From the NCBI GenBank assembly GCA_009835395.1, contig VXXM01000014.1:3091-67090 (forward strand): DNA of 64,000 nt. The letters are read 5' to 3'. Every line of letters starts with the position of its first letter. Position 1 is the stretch's first letter. Made by a program: the position numbers and the translations under genes. The notes beneath the pieces are model-generated. The model made no database searches. It was not told the DNA's origin and worked only from the letters and a program-made list of their open reading frames with translations. Shown here piece by piece: positions 1-10,351 of this stretch. Origin of the DNA: Acidimicrobiia bacterium (GTDB lineage: Bacteria > Actinomycetota > Acidimicrobiia > Acidimicrobiales > CATQHL01).

Positions 1-838
1 CGATGACCTCGGCGGCCTGGGTCACCTCGAGCAGGCCCATGTGGACGTTGCCGGCGATCGTGAGCAGCAGACCCCGGGCACCCTCGATCGAGGACTCCAG
101 GAGAGGGCTGGCGATGGCCTTCCGAGCCGCGCTGGCGGCCCGGTCCTCACCGGAGGACGTGCCGACGCCCATGAGGGCGGAGCCGGCGTCGGACAGAACC
201 GCCCGCACATCGGCGAAGTCCGTGTTGATGAGCCCGGGCGTCGTGATGAGATCGGTGATCCCCTGCACGCCCTGCAGCAACACGTCGTCGGCCATCTGGA
301 AGGCGTTCAGCAGGCTCGTGTTCTCCGACACCTCGTTGAGGAGGCGATCGTTGGGGATCACGATCTGCGTGTCGACCTTCTCCTTGAGCCGCTGGATGCC
401 CTGCTCGGCCTGCAGCGCCCGCTTCCGGCCTTCGAACCGGAACGGCCGGGTCACCACCGCGATCGTCAGGGCGCCGAGGTCGCGTGCGATCTCGGCGATC
501 ACGGGGGCCCCGCCCGTGCCGGTCCCGCCGCCTTCGCCGGCGGTGATGAAGACCATGTCCGCACCGTCGAGCGCCTCCCGCAGCTGCTCGGCGGCCGCCT
601 CCGCCGCATTCTCCCCGACATCGGGATCGCTGCCTGCTCCCAGGCCCCGCGTCAGGTCGCGCCCGATGTCGATCTTGATGTCGGCGTCGCTCATGAGCAA
701 CGTCTGCGCATCGGTGTTGACCGCCACGAATTCGACACCGCGAAGTCCGGATTCGATCATTCTGTTGACGGCGTTCACGCCACCGCCGCCGACGCCGACG
801 ACCTTGATGACGGCCAGATACTGGTGTGGGGTGCTCAC
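1..838 (-). CDS. ftsZ: Cell division protein FtsZ (3' end runs off window edge)
   Basis: Absent from the ORF track because no stop is in the window. Manual translation from GTG at 838 (preceded by GGAGG) gives [28 protein letters not shown] and the tubulin signature [11 protein letters not shown]; last gene of the dcw cluster. Confidence 0.97.
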   Translation of the reverse strand, partial: MSTPHQYLAVIKVVGVGGGGVNAVNRMIESGLRGVEFVAVNTDAQTLLMSDADIKIDIGRDLTRGLGAGSDPDVGENAAEAAAEQLREALDGADMVFITAGEGGGTGTGGAPVIAEIARDLGALTIAVVTRPFRFEGRKRALQAEQGIQRLKEKVDTQIVIPNDRLLNEVSENTSLLNAFQMADDVLLQGVQGITDLITTPGLINTDFADVRAVLSDAGSALMGVGTSSGEDRAASAARKAIASPLLESSIEGARGLLLTIAGNVHMGLLEVTQAAEVI

Positions 839-951
839 GGGATCCTCCCGGGATTCCTGCGGCGCGAGCCGCGTCTGTTTGTCCGGTGCTGCCTGATGCC
901 TGCCGGTAATTGGTTTGCGGTTGCTGGTTTCCGGCTTCTCAGGCCAACGGT

Positions 952-1003
952 AGGCTAATATAAAGCTGAACTTGAGCCTTATATCAGCCTCTTGTATAAG
1001 AGG
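952..1003. promoter_or_regulatory. AT-rich palindromic operator candidate upstream of ftsZ
   Basis: AGGCTAATATAAAGCT-N7-AGCCTTATATCAGCCT (952-990, 14/16 paired) plus overlapping CCTCTT-GTAT-AAGAGG (988-1003) in the ftsQ-ftsZ spacer. Confidence 0.55.
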
Positions 1004-1007
1004 AAGT

Positions 1008-1799
1008 CTACTGACAAGGAATCCGCCGCGTCAACACCGGATTGGCGGGTAGACGAACATCCAGAGTGTCCATACAGCGGAGGTTGACCCGCTCGATGAT
1101 GGTGTGCACAGCCAGCACTTTGGCGGCCATCTCCCTGGAGTCCCCGAGCAGCACCCGACCGGCTCCATGCAAGTCCAGCACATACCCCTCGGGTCCCACT
1201 TGGATCGACCTGACCGCCCCGCGGACCGGTTCATACAGTTCCGCGGCAACCGCCACGGCGCCACGTTGCGCCGGTTCCAACCAGTCCCCCGGCGTCGCCT
1301 GTGCAACATTCAATCCGACGATCGGCACCGGGGAGCCGGAGAATCGCTGCTCGACGGAGAGCACCCGACCGTTCTCCTCCACGAGGGCCCAGCCGCTCCC
1401 TGTCGCCAGAGCCGCGAGTGGCGATCGCTCGGTGACCGTGAAGCGGACGACTCCGTCCCAGGATCTCGTCGAGTACACCTCCTTCACCCAGGGCAGGCGC
1501 GCGATCCGTGTCCGGGCGGAGGCCAGGTCGAGCCCCACGAGTGGCGCACCCGTTCGGACGCCGGCCGCCGCGAGGACCTCATCGGTCGATGTGCGGACCG
1601 CTCCGTTCACCTCCAACCGGTCGACATCCAGCATTTCGCTCTGCGTGGCCAGATAGCCGGACAGCAGCACCAGGGCGACCGCCAGGGTCAACCACAGCAT
1701 GCGTCGGCGCCGCACCTCCTTGGCTCGTGTCGCGGCATCCACAGCAGCACGACGCTGTGCGATACGGGGGTGTGGAAGGCCCGGTGCGTGCACTGTCAT
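1008..1799 (-). CDS. ftsQ: Cell division protein FtsQ/DivIB
   Basis: Single TM helix followed by POTRA-like region (LEVNGAVRT...LPWV...VTER) and C-terminal LDVR motif; position between murB and ftsZ. Confidence 0.9.
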   Translation of the reverse strand: MTVHAPGLPHPRIAQRRAAVDAATRAKEVRRRRMLWLTLAVALVLLSGYLATQSEMLDVDRLEVNGAVRTSTDEVLAAAGVRTGAPLVGLDLASARTRIARLPWVKEVYSTRSWDGVVRFTVTERSPLAALATGSGWALVEENGRVLSVEQRFSGSPVPIVGLNVAQATPGDWLEPAQRGAVAVAAELYEPVRGAVRSIQVGPEGYVLDLHGAGRVLLGDSREMAAKVLAVHTIIERVNLRCMDTLDVRLPANPVLTRRIPCQ

Positions 1800-2758
1800 G
1801 ATTGGCTCCCAAAGGGCTTCTCGAATCCCACGAAGTGGGTCTCGGGTTGGAGTCGCACGCCGCTGTGCGCCTCGACTCGCCGCGCCACCTCCGCCATGAG
1901 CGACATCACATCGTCTGCCGACCCGCCGGTGTCAGCCTGGATGAAGTTGGCATGCAGCGTGGACACGCAGGCCGAACCGATCCGGAGGCCCTTGCAGCCG
2001 GCGGCATCCACGAGGCGACCGGCGGAGTCTCCCGGCGGGTTCATGAACACCGAGCCCGCATTCGCGCCGCCGGGCTGGTGCCGGCGGCGCCAGGCCACCA
2101 CCTCGCGGATGAGCTGCTCCTCCCGGTCGCGCCGGCTGGGTTGCAGACGAATCTCAACCTCAGCTACAACGTGAGAGAATGTCAGCGCGGAGCGCCGGTA
2201 GCCGAGCGCCAGGTCCTGGGGGCCCGCACGCCACTCCCCGCCGGTGGCAAGGTCCACGATCTCCGCCCTCTCGAGTACCTCGCTCATGTCCGAGCCGTGC
2301 CCGCCGGCATTCATGCGCACCGCGCCTCCGACGCTGCCCGGAACCCCGACGGCCCAACCGAAGCCTCCGAGGGCAGCGGCGGCACACTGCCGCGCCACCA
2401 CCGGTAACGGCGTCGCCCCACCGGCGGTGACCGCCGGGGCATCGATCCGGGTGACGGCGAATGCCGCGCCGAGGCGGAGCGCCACGCCGTCGAACCCTGC
2501 GTCGGCGACGAGCAGGTTGGACCCCAACCCAACCACGAGAACCCCCCAGCCCTCCTGCGCCACGGCCTGCGCCAGACGCCGCAGGTCGTTCAGCGATCCG
2601 ACCTCCACGAGCACAGCGGCGGCTCCACCAACCCGGTAGGTGCTCAGTGCCCCGAGCGGCGCGCCGCCGGTGACCCGGCTCTCCGGCAACGCGGACGCCA
2701 GGTGCCGTGCTGCAACGGACCAGTCGCCGGCGGTCGCCGGTGGGTGAGGTTCCGTCAT
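1796..2758 (-). CDS. murB: UDP-N-acetylenolpyruvoylglucosamine reductase
   Basis: Motifs TYRVGG, GLGSNLL, GVPGSVGGAVRMNAG, GYRRS, AGSVFMNP, HANF. Confidence 0.96.
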   Translation of the reverse strand: MTEPHPPATAGDWSVAARHLASALPESRVTGGAPLGALSTYRVGGAAAVLVEVGSLNDLRRLAQAVAQEGWGVLVVGLGSNLLVADAGFDGVALRLGAAFAVTRIDAPAVTAGGATPLPVVARQCAAAALGGFGWAVGVPGSVGGAVRMNAGGHGSDMSEVLERAEIVDLATGGEWRAGPQDLALGYRRSALTFSHVVAEVEIRLQPSRRDREEQLIREVVAWRRRHQPGGANAGSVFMNPPGDSAGRLVDAAGCKGLRIGSACVSTLHANFIQADTGGSADDVMSLMAEVARRVEAHSGVRLQPETHFVGFEKPFGSQS

Positions 2759-4167
2759 GATCCGAGCTCGCCGATGAGTTCGTCGGGCAGGGTGGTGAGG
2801 TCACCGGCGTTCAGCGTGAGGCAGAGGTCTCCCGGCTGCAGCTCGTGAGCCAGATAGCGCTGAAGGTCGCGCCGATGGGGGAACCATGCGACCCGCTTGT
2901 ACGGCTCGACGTCCAGCAGCGAGTCCACGAGCAACTTCCCGCTGATTCCGGGTCGGGGCGGCTCGCCTGCTGCGTAGACGTCGGTGAAGGCGACCAGGTC
3001 GGCGTCGGCGAACGCCTGGCCGAAATCGCGCCAGAGGGCCGCGGTCCGGGTATAGCGATGCGGTTGGTAGACGCAGACGATGCGCCGCCATCCGCCGGCA
3101 CGGGCCGTCGCCAGGACCGCGGCCACCTCGCCGGGCAGATGTGCGTAGTCGTCGATGAAGGTGACCCCGCCGGCGCTGCCCCTGAACTCGTACCTGCGGG
3201 ACACGCCGCCGTAGTGAGCCAGAATCTCGGCGCTGCGAGCCAGCGGGACGCCCAGACCTTCGGCGCAGGCCATCGCCGCGGCAGCATTGCGCGCATTGTG
3301 CAATCCCGGCACCGGCAGTGTCACCCGAGAGTCGTCGCCGCCACGATGCTGCAGCGTGAATTCGATGCCGGTCCGCGCCGTGGCCAGATCGGTCAGTCGA
3401 TAATCCGCCTCGCCGGCGGTGCCGTAGCCGAGCGCGCCCGGGTGCCTGGCGGCGAAGCCCCGGCCCCAGGGATCGTCCAGGCACACCAACCGGAAGCCCG
3501 CGACTCCGGCCAGGAACTGCTCGAAGGCTCCGTGCAGTCTCTCGAGACTTCCGTACCGCTCCAGGTGATCGGGTTCGACACTGGTGACCACCGCCGCCTC
3601 GGGCTCGAGTTGCAGGAAGGTGCCGTCGCTCTCATCGGCCTCCACCACGAGCCATTCCCCCGTGCCCCATACCGCCCCGCTGCCGATCTCGTTGACATCG
3701 CCGCCGACGATGAACGAGGGCCGGCAGCCCGCCTCACCGAGAATCAGAGCCAACATGGAGGAGGTGGTCGTCTTGCCATGCGTGCCGCCCACCGCCAGGG
3801 TCCGCCGCATCCGGCAGACGGCGGCCAGGATGTCGGCGCGGGTACACACCGGGATTCCGGCGCGGCGCGCCGCGGTGACCTCCACATTGCCGTCATCCAC
3901 AGCGCTCGAGCGCGCAACCAGGTCGGGTAGGCGACCCGTCGGCAGCTCGGCGCCGGTGGTGGCAGGTTCGAGGACGTGCTCCGCCCGGTGCCCCACGGCG
4001 ACTCCCAAGCCGCGGGCTCTGAGCCGTTCGAAGGCCACCGAGGCCTTCAGGTCCGACCCCGTCACCACGTGCCCGGCATCGGCGAGCACCGTGGCGATGG
4101 CGCTCATCCCGGCACCGCCCACACCCACCACGTGCACGTGACGGACCTCGTCGAGCGCGACGCTCAC
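2755..4167 (-). CDS. murC: UDP-N-acetylmuramate--L-alanine ligase
   Basis: GVGGAGMSAIA, GTHGKTTT, EADESDG, DDYAHLP, QPHRYTRT. Confidence 0.97.
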   Translation of the reverse strand: MSVALDEVRHVHVVGVGGAGMSAIATVLADAGHVVTGSDLKASVAFERLRARGLGVAVGHRAEHVLEPATTGAELPTGRLPDLVARSSAVDDGNVEVTAARRAGIPVCTRADILAAVCRMRRTLAVGGTHGKTTTSSMLALILGEAGCRPSFIVGGDVNEIGSGAVWGTGEWLVVEADESDGTFLQLEPEAAVVTSVEPDHLERYGSLERLHGAFEQFLAGVAGFRLVCLDDPWGRGFAARHPGALGYGTAGEADYRLTDLATARTGIEFTLQHRGGDDSRVTLPVPGLHNARNAAAAMACAEGLGVPLARSAEILAHYGGVSRRYEFRGSAGGVTFIDDYAHLPGEVAAVLATARAGGWRRIVCVYQPHRYTRTAALWRDFGQAFADADLVAFTDVYAAGEPPRPGISGKLLVDSLLDVEPYKRVAWFPHRRDLQRYLAHELQPGDLCLTLNAGDLTTLPDELIGELGS

Positions 4168-5342
4168 GGGCCCGCACCCTCACCGGCGGCGGCAACCAGC
4201 AGATCGACCACCCGCCGGGCGGCGTCGGGCCGGCCGAAGCCGGCGGCGGCCTGCTGCATGCACTCCAGCCGCACCGGATCGGCGAGGAGGTCGGATATCG
4301 CAGTCGCCAGGCGCGGGCCTCCGAGTTCGGAATCCGGGATGACCAGCGACGCACCGGCCGCCGCCAGCACCGCGGCATTGGCGCTCTGGTGATCGCCGGT
4401 GGCGCCCGGCAGGGGGACCAGCAGGGAGGCGCGACCCACAATCGCCAACTCGGCCAGGGCGCTGCCACCGGCACGGCTGAGGACCAGATCAGCCGCTGCC
4501 AGCGCCGTCGGCATGTCGTGCTCGTAGGGCACCCTCTCGTAGTGGAGTCCCTCGCCGCCGGCCCCGCCGCCTGCTCTCCCGCTGCTGCAGCCTCTCCGGG
4601 CGTCCGCCGCGGCGTCCCCGGTGACGTGGCGCACGGCCAGATCGGCGCGCTCGGCCAGAAGCTCGCAGGCCGCCTCGACGGCCGCGTTGAGGCGGCTCGA
4701 ACCCTGGGAGCCGCCGATCACCAGCACGAGCCGCCGCCCCTCGCCGACACCCAGAGCAGCGCGAGCCCGATCGCGGTCGTCGCCCGCCGTGGCCTCGCTC
4801 CCGGTCCCCGGATGCAGAGCGGCGACGCCGGCCCGTACCGGGAGCCCCGTACGCACCGCGCCCCTGAGTTGAGCCTCCTCGTAGGCCACCGCGCAGGCCT
4901 CCGCCCAGCGCGCCGTCAACCGGTTGGCGGCACCAGGCCTGGCATTGGCCTCGAGCACGACCACGGGGATCCCCCGCAGGCGGGCAGCCACGGCGCACGC
5001 CGCGCTGACGTAGCCGCCCTGCGCCAGCACCACCCGGGGCGAGGTACGGCCGAGCAGCCGCCAGCCCTGCCAGACGCCGCGCGCCAGAGCCCAGGCCGCA
5101 ACCAGGTTCGCCCCGGCGAGGCGCCGCCGGAAGCCGCGGGCGCTGATCGCCGTCGCCTCGTAGCCGGCCGAGACGACGATCTCGGAGTCCAGCGGGCGCC
5201 GGCTCACGACGAAGTGGACCCGGCCGTGCCGGGGATCCTCGCCGGTGCCGAGCGCCTCCGCCACCGCCAACCCGGGATAGACGTGCCCGCCGGTGCCGCC
5301 GCCCGCGATCACCGCCCAGACGCACTGGGAGCGACCGCTCAT
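4164..5342 (-). CDS. murG: Undecaprenyl-PP-MurNAc-pentapeptide GlcNAc transferase
   Basis: C-terminal part of ORF 4164..7139; ATG at 5342 overlaps the ftsW stop. Motifs GGGTGGHVYPG, GGYVS, GGSQG, SRAGG, DHQSANA. Confidence 0.95.
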   Translation of the reverse strand: MSGRSQCVWAVIAGGGTGGHVYPGLAVAEALGTGEDPRHGRVHFVVSRRPLDSEIVVSAGYEATAISARGFRRRLAGANLVAAWALARGVWQGWRLLGRTSPRVVLAQGGYVSAACAVAARLRGIPVVVLEANARPGAANRLTARWAEACAVAYEEAQLRGAVRTGLPVRAGVAALHPGTGSEATAGDDRDRARAALGVGEGRRLVLVIGGSQGSSRLNAAVEAACELLAERADLAVRHVTGDAAADARRGCSSGRAGGGAGGEGLHYERVPYEHDMPTALAAADLVLSRAGGSALAELAIVGRASLLVPLPGATGDHQSANAAVLAAAGASLVIPDSELGGPRLATAISDLLADPVRLECMQQAAAGFGRPDAARRVVDLLVAAAGEGAGP

Positions 5343-6535
5343 GCGCTCCGCCCCTGGCGCGCAACGTTCATGAGGATGCCGGCGGCCGCCAGGTTCACGA
5401 TCAGGCTCGAGCCCCCGTAGGAGACGAACGGGAGCGTCACGCCCATGGTGGGAAGCAGGCTCTGGGCCACCGCGATGTTGGTGAAGGCCTGCAGCACGAA
5501 CCAGCCGCTGATCCCCGCCGCCAGGAACGCCCCGTAGGGGTCGGGGGCGTCGCGGACCACGCGAATCCCCAGGATCCCCAGGGACAGGAACAGCGCCACC
5601 ACCACGAGCGCGCCGATCAGTCCCAGATTCTCGGCGATCGTCACGAAGATGAAGTCGGTGTGGGCGTAGGGCACGTACGCCAGATTGGACCGCGCCCCTC
5701 CCGGTCCGACCCCTGTCAATCCGCCCGAGGCGATCCCCACCTGCGCCTGCACGGCCTGGTAGCCCGCGCCGTATGGATCCGACCAGGGATCGAGGAAGGA
5801 GACGACACGCTGGCGCCGGTAGCCGATCAGCATCGTGAACAGCACGACCGCCCCCGCCCCCAGCGCCACGAGCGCCGCCACGTGCCGGGTCGGCAGCCCC
5901 GCCACGAACAGCATCGCCAGCAGGATCCCCCCGAGGAGCACGACCGTGCCCAGACTGGGTTGCGCCAGGACGAGCCCCGCCATCACCCCGAACACCACCA
6001 GCAGGGGCAGCAGCGTCTGGCGGACGCTCGCCACGCGGTCCAGCCGGCGTGACAGCAGCGACGCGGCGAACAGCACCAGTGCCAGCTTCGCCGCCTCCGA
6101 GGGCTGGATCACCAGGCCGCCGATGCGGATCCAGCGCGCCGAGCCGTTGCCGACCTGCACCAGCGGCGACGGGACCAGCAGGCAGGCAAGTGCAGCCAGG
6201 GTCGCCACGACCGCCCCGGTGGTCACCAGCGGCGCCCGCCAGCGGTGGTAGTCGACCCGGAGTGTCACGACGCAGGCGGCGAGGCCGAGTGCCAACCACA
6301 GAGCATGCCGCTTGGCGTGGAAGAAGGGATCCCCGGTGGCCTCGATGGAGGTGACCGTCGAGGACAGGACCACCATCACGAGTCCCAGCAGGCTCACGAG
6401 CACCAGCACGACCGCCAGGGCACCGAAGGTGCGGGTGTTCCGCCCGACCGGCGGGCTCCGCAGGGCCTGCAGCGGCGTCGCCTGGTGTCGGCGGCCGGCG
6501 GCAGCCTGCGCGCGGCCGGCGGTCACCGCGGTCAC
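5339..6535 (-). CDS. ftsW: SEDS peptidoglycan polymerase FtsW
   Basis: Multiple TM helices; GSARWI, IQPSEAAK, PYAHTDFIF, LPFVSYGGSS. Confidence 0.95.
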   Translation of the reverse strand: MTAVTAGRAQAAAGRRHQATPLQALRSPPVGRNTRTFGALAVVLVLVSLLGLVMVVLSSTVTSIEATGDPFFHAKRHALWLALGLAACVVTLRVDYHRWRAPLVTTGAVVATLAALACLLVPSPLVQVGNGSARWIRIGGLVIQPSEAAKLALVLFAASLLSRRLDRVASVRQTLLPLLVVFGVMAGLVLAQPSLGTVVLLGGILLAMLFVAGLPTRHVAALVALGAGAVVLFTMLIGYRRQRVVSFLDPWSDPYGAGYQAVQAQVGIASGGLTGVGPGGARSNLAYVPYAHTDFIFVTIAENLGLIGALVVVALFLSLGILGIRVVRDAPDPYGAFLAAGISGWFVLQAFTNIAVAQSLLPTMGVTLPFVSYGGSSLIVNLAAAGILMNVARQGRSA

Positions 6536-7863
6536 TCCGGGCCTCCCTCGCCGACCGCGGCGCGCACCAGCGCGGCAAAGTGCTCGCCCCGCTGGCGGTA
6601 CGACTCGTACCAGTCGAAGGAGGTGCAGCCCGGCGACAGCAGGATCGCCTCCCCGGGCAGGGCCATCTCCCCTGCCGCAGCCACCGCCCCCGCCATGTCG
6701 GTGGCCCGCCGCACGGGCCGGGAGCCGGCGAAAGCGGCGCCCACCTCGCCGGCGGCCTCGCCGATGGCCACCACGGCCCGTATCGAGGCGGCACCGGCCA
6801 GTCCGGCGAGATCGAGTCCCTTGTTGCGCCCGCCGGCAATGAGCACGAGCGACTCGAACGCGCCGCTGGCGGCGAGCACCGCCTCGGGCGTCGTGGCCTT
6901 CGAGTCGTCGTACCAGCGGTTGGTGTCGGTCTCGGCCACCAGTTCCAGCCGGTGCGGGAGCCCGCGGAACGATTCCAGAGCGACGCGCACGTCCTCTGCG
7001 GGCGCGCCGGCCGCCAGGGCACAGGCGGCGGCGGCCTCGGCGTTGCGCAGATCGTGGGGGAACCTTCTCGGCAGCCGCGCGATCTCGACCAGTGGCTCAC
7101 CGCCGACCCGGAGTGAGTCGCCGCAGGTGGCGACGTCACTCGCCGGCCGTCCGAAGGTCACCACCCTGCCCGCGGCCGGGCGCCGGGCCGCCACCACGGG
7201 GTCGGCCTCGTTGACCACAGCCACGTCACCGGCGCCCAGGTGCCGCCAGATGCCCGCCTTGGCCTCCTCGTAGGCCTCCAGGGAGGCATGCACGTCCAGA
7301 TGGTCGGGAGAGAAGTTCAGCCAGGCCGCGACGCTCGGTCGGAAGGAGCGGCTCCGACCCAACCGGAACGAGGAGGCTTCGGCCACGAAGACCGCCGGGG
7401 CGGGATCGTCGATGGCGCTCACGAGCGGCAGGTCGTTGTTCCCCGCAGCCACCGCCCCGGTGCTCGGAGCCAGTGCTGCGGCCACCAGGGTCGTGACCGT
7501 CGTCTTGCCGTTGGTCCCGGTGACGGCCACGACGGGGCGGTCGTCCCAGGCGGCTGACAGGTCGAACTCGCTGAGGATCGCGGTGCCCGCGCCGGCTGCG
7601 GCGCGCATCGCCCGGTGACCGTCCGCCAGACCCGGCGTGGGCAGGAAGGCACCGCAGCGGCTCATCAGGACCGCCAGCTCGCCGTCGGGAGGCGACGCCT
7701 GCAGCACCCCGCCGGCCTCGGCCACCGCCTGCTGCACGCCCGCCCCCGGCGCGTCGTCGACGGCGATGAACTCGCAGCCGCGCCGGCTCAGCGCCCTGGC
7801 CACCGCCCGGTTCGTGGCACCCACCCCCCAGAGCAGGAACGGACCGTCCGCTGGACCGATCAC
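6532..7863 (-). CDS. murD: UDP-N-acetylmuramoylalanine--D-glutamate ligase
   Basis: C-terminal part of ORF 6532..8625; GTG at 7863 overlaps the mraY stop. Motifs VTGTNGKTT, EASSF, PDHLD, LPHRLE, DDSKAT, LSPGCTSFD. Confidence 0.95.
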   Translation of the reverse strand: MIGPADGPFLLWGVGATNRAVARALSRRGCEFIAVDDAPGAGVQQAVAEAGGVLQASPPDGELAVLMSRCGAFLPTPGLADGHRAMRAAAGAGTAILSEFDLSAAWDDRPVVAVTGTNGKTTVTTLVAAALAPSTGAVAAGNNDLPLVSAIDDPAPAVFVAEASSFRLGRSRSFRPSVAAWLNFSPDHLDVHASLEAYEEAKAGIWRHLGAGDVAVVNEADPVVAARRPAAGRVVTFGRPASDVATCGDSLRVGGEPLVEIARLPRRFPHDLRNAEAAAACALAAGAPAEDVRVALESFRGLPHRLELVAETDTNRWYDDSKATTPEAVLAASGAFESLVLIAGGRNKGLDLAGLAGAASIRAVVAIGEAAGEVGAAFAGSRPVRRATDMAGAVAAAGEMALPGEAILLSPGCTSFDWYESYRQRGEHFAALVRAAVGEGGPE

Positions 7864-8918
7864 GGCGAGTCCCCCGCCGCCGACCGCGACTCGAGCAGCG
7901 GGAAGTAGTCGGCGTAGAACAGACCCAGCGCCACCGCGGTGGCGAACCCGGCAAGCAGCCAGAACCGCACGATGACCCACGTCTCGTGCCAGCCCCGCTG
8001 CTCGAAGTGATGATGCACCGGCGCCATCGCGAACAGCCGCCGCCCTCCCATCGACTTGAACACCCCGATCTGCAGGATCACCGACAGGCCCTCCATCACG
8101 AACAGGGCGGCCATGATCGGCAGCAGCAGGTGGGTGTTGGTCGCCAGGGCCAGGCAGGCCAGGGCAGTCCCGATGGCGAGCGCCCCGGCATCGCCCATGA
8201 TGATCTGCGCCGGGGCCGCGTTCCACCACAGGAACCCGACGCAGCCGCCGAGCATCGCAGCCCCCACGACGGCCAGATCCAGGGCGTGGGGCAGGTCGTA
8301 GAGGTCCACATGCCGGAACGCCCAGTACCCGATGATGGTGAAGGCAGCGAAGTTGAAGATGCTCGATCCGGCTGCCAGACCGTCCAATCCGTCGGTGAAG
8401 TTGACCCCGTTGGCCGCCCCCACGATGATCAGCACGGCCCAGAGGCTCCAGCCCACCGGGCCCATGTCCCAGCCGATACCCCCGGCACGCGTGAACGACA
8501 ACTCGGTGCTGACGTTGGTCGCCAGGACGGTCGCCGCGGCGAAACCGCCGCCCACGGCGCAAAGCCCCAGCATCTTGGCGCGCTTGCTGAGTCCCTTGCT
8601 GTGCGCACGGGAGACCTTGAGCCAATCGTCCAGCGCCCCCACGGCGGTCGCCCCCAGGATCGCCAGCATCACGAACAGCCCCGTGCGGGTGTAGATGCCC
8701 CCGTGGATGAAGTGGCTCCCGGCGTAGCCGGCGCAGGCGCCCCCGACGACGGCCAGCCCGCCCATCGTTGGCGTGCCCTGCTTGTGGGCGTGTGTCTCGG
8801 GCCCGTCGCTGCGGATGGGCTGGGTGAGGTTCCGGGCCCGGAAGAAGGCGATCAGCAGGCGCGTGCCCGCCAGGGACACGACGGTGGCGATGGCGGCGGC
8901 GAGCAGGAGGCGGATCAC
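7860..8918 (-). CDS. mraY: Phospho-N-acetylmuramoyl-pentapeptide transferase
   Basis: GTPTMGG, LDDWLK, NFTDGLDGLA, MGDAG, MAPVHHHFE. Confidence 0.97.
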   Translation of the reverse strand: MIRLLLAAAIATVVSLAGTRLLIAFFRARNLTQPIRSDGPETHAHKQGTPTMGGLAVVGGACAGYAGSHFIHGGIYTRTGLFVMLAILGATAVGALDDWLKVSRAHSKGLSKRAKMLGLCAVGGGFAAATVLATNVSTELSFTRAGGIGWDMGPVGWSLWAVLIIVGAANGVNFTDGLDGLAAGSSIFNFAAFTIIGYWAFRHVDLYDLPHALDLAVVGAAMLGGCVGFLWWNAAPAQIIMGDAGALAIGTALACLALATNTHLLLPIMAALFVMEGLSVILQIGVFKSMGGRRLFAMAPVHHHFEQRGWHETWVIVRFWLLAGFATAVALGLFYADYFPLLESRSAAGDSP

Positions 8919-10351
8919 GTCGTCGCCACCCCCGCCACGGCGCCCAGGACTTCCCGCACCACCGCGACGTCGTCGAAGGGAAGCGACCTCCCGCCGATGA
9001 TCTGCCGGGTCTCGTGTCCCTTGCCGGCGACGATCACGACGTCATCCGGCCGCGCGCCGGCCAGCGCCGCCGAGATGGCGCGCCGACGATCCGGCTCCAG
9101 CTCCGCGGCGCCGTCGGGCACACCGGCCATGACCGACCGGGCGATGTCGGCCGGATCCTCGCCCCGTGGATTGTCGGTCGTGATGATGATCCTGTCGGCA
9201 AGCCGGGAGGCGATGGCTCCCATCGCCTCCCGCTTGCCTTCATCCCGCTCGCCGCCGCAGCCGAAGACCACGGTCAGGCGAGACGGCGCGGGCACCAGGT
9301 TCCGGCCCGCGCGCAGCAGCTGCTCCAATGCCGCTGGAGAATGCGCGAAGTCCACGATCACCACCGCAGGCGATTCGGTCACCACTTCGAAGCGGCCCGG
9401 CAGGCGCGGCGCACGCCGGAGCCCCTCTGCGATCTCGGCCACCGATGTGCCGAGCGCCTCGGCGAGCGTGGCCGCCACCACCGCATTCGAGATGTTGAGT
9501 GCGCCCCCCAGGGGCAGCGTGACCTCGACCCCGCGCCAGCGGAAACGGCTGAAACGCGCCGCCACCTCCAGCACCTCGGCGTCGTCCTGCGAGCAGCGTC
9601 GCACCTCGCCGGTCAACTCGGCGGCGAGGCGCCGGCCCCAGCGGTCGTCGGTGCAGACCACCGGCAGGGAGGTCCTGGCGTCGCTGAACAGGCTGCGCTT
9701 GGCCCGGTAGTAGCCCTCCATGTCCCCGTGGTAGTCGAGGTGCTCCGGAGAGAGGTTGGTGAAGGCGGCGGCGGCGAACCGCAGCCCCTCGACGCGCTTC
9801 TGGGAGAGCCCGTGCGAGCTGACCTCCAGGACCGCGGCGCCCGCCCCTGCCGCCCGCGCCGAGGCCAGCCGGCCGGCCAACTCGGTCGCCCTCGGCGTGG
9901 TGAGGGTGCCGCTCAGGGTCCCGATCGCAACACAGCGCCGACCGGCGCCCTCCAGGATGCTGCTCAGCAGATGGGTGACAGTGGTCTTGCCGTTGGTGCC
10001 CGTCACCCCGGCCAGTTGCAGGTGCTCCTGCGGTGATCCGGCACCGGCAAGTGCCAGGGGACCGACGGCGGCGCGCACCTCGGGCACCACCAGCTGCGGC
10101 AGGCTCACCGGAAGGGCACGCTCGGTGACCAGCGCGGCGGCGCCGGCCTCGGCGGCCCCCGCCGCGAAGTCGTGACCGTCGCTGGATGCTCCCGGCATGC
10201 AGCAGAACAGGGCCCCGGCACGCACCTCGCGGGAGTCCTCGCAAACCACCGTGATCGGCGGGTCCTCGGACCGCACCCCGGCCGGGAGGTGCAGCCGGGC
10301 GGCGATCCCGCTGCGCCGCTGCAGCGACCGGAGGGTCGCCCGCTCAGTCAC
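8915..10351 (-). CDS. murE: UDP-MurNAc-tripeptide synthetase (meso-DAP-adding type)
   Basis: VTGTNGKTT, EVSSH, EHLDYH, DFAHSP, DNPR (DAP specificity motif), AGKGHE. Confidence 0.96.
   Translation of the reverse strand: MTERATLRSLQRRSGIAARLHLPAGVRSEDPPITVVCEDSREVRAGALFCCMPGASSDGHDFAAGAAEAGAAALVTERALPVSLPQLVVPEVRAAVGPLALAGAGSPQEHLQLAGVTGTNGKTTVTHLLSSILEGAGRRCVAIGTLSGTLTTPRATELAGRLASARAAGAGAAVLEVSSHGLSQKRVEGLRFAAAAFTNLSPEHLDYHGDMEGYYRAKRSLFSDARTSLPVVCTDDRWGRRLAAELTGEVRRCSQDDAEVLEVAARFSRFRWRGVEVTLPLGGALNISNAVVAATLAEALGTSVAEIAEGLRRAPRLPGRFEVVTESPAVVIVDFAHSPAALEQLLRAGRNLVPAPSRLTVVFGCGGERDEGKREAMGAIASRLADRIIITTDNPRGEDPADIARSVMAGVPDGAAELEPDRRRAISAALAGARPDDVVIVAGKGHETRQIIGGRSLPFDDVAVVREVLGAVAGVATT

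Noticed and set aside
4164-8625. Apparent N-terminal extensions or fusions of MurG (991 aa) and MurD (697 aa); likewise TrpD (817 aa) and CoxL (956 aa)
   Set aside because: The extensions overlap neighbouring real genes in other frames and are low-complexity; plausible internal starts exist. This differs from the SQE-OSC ORF, where both halves carry real domains in one frame.
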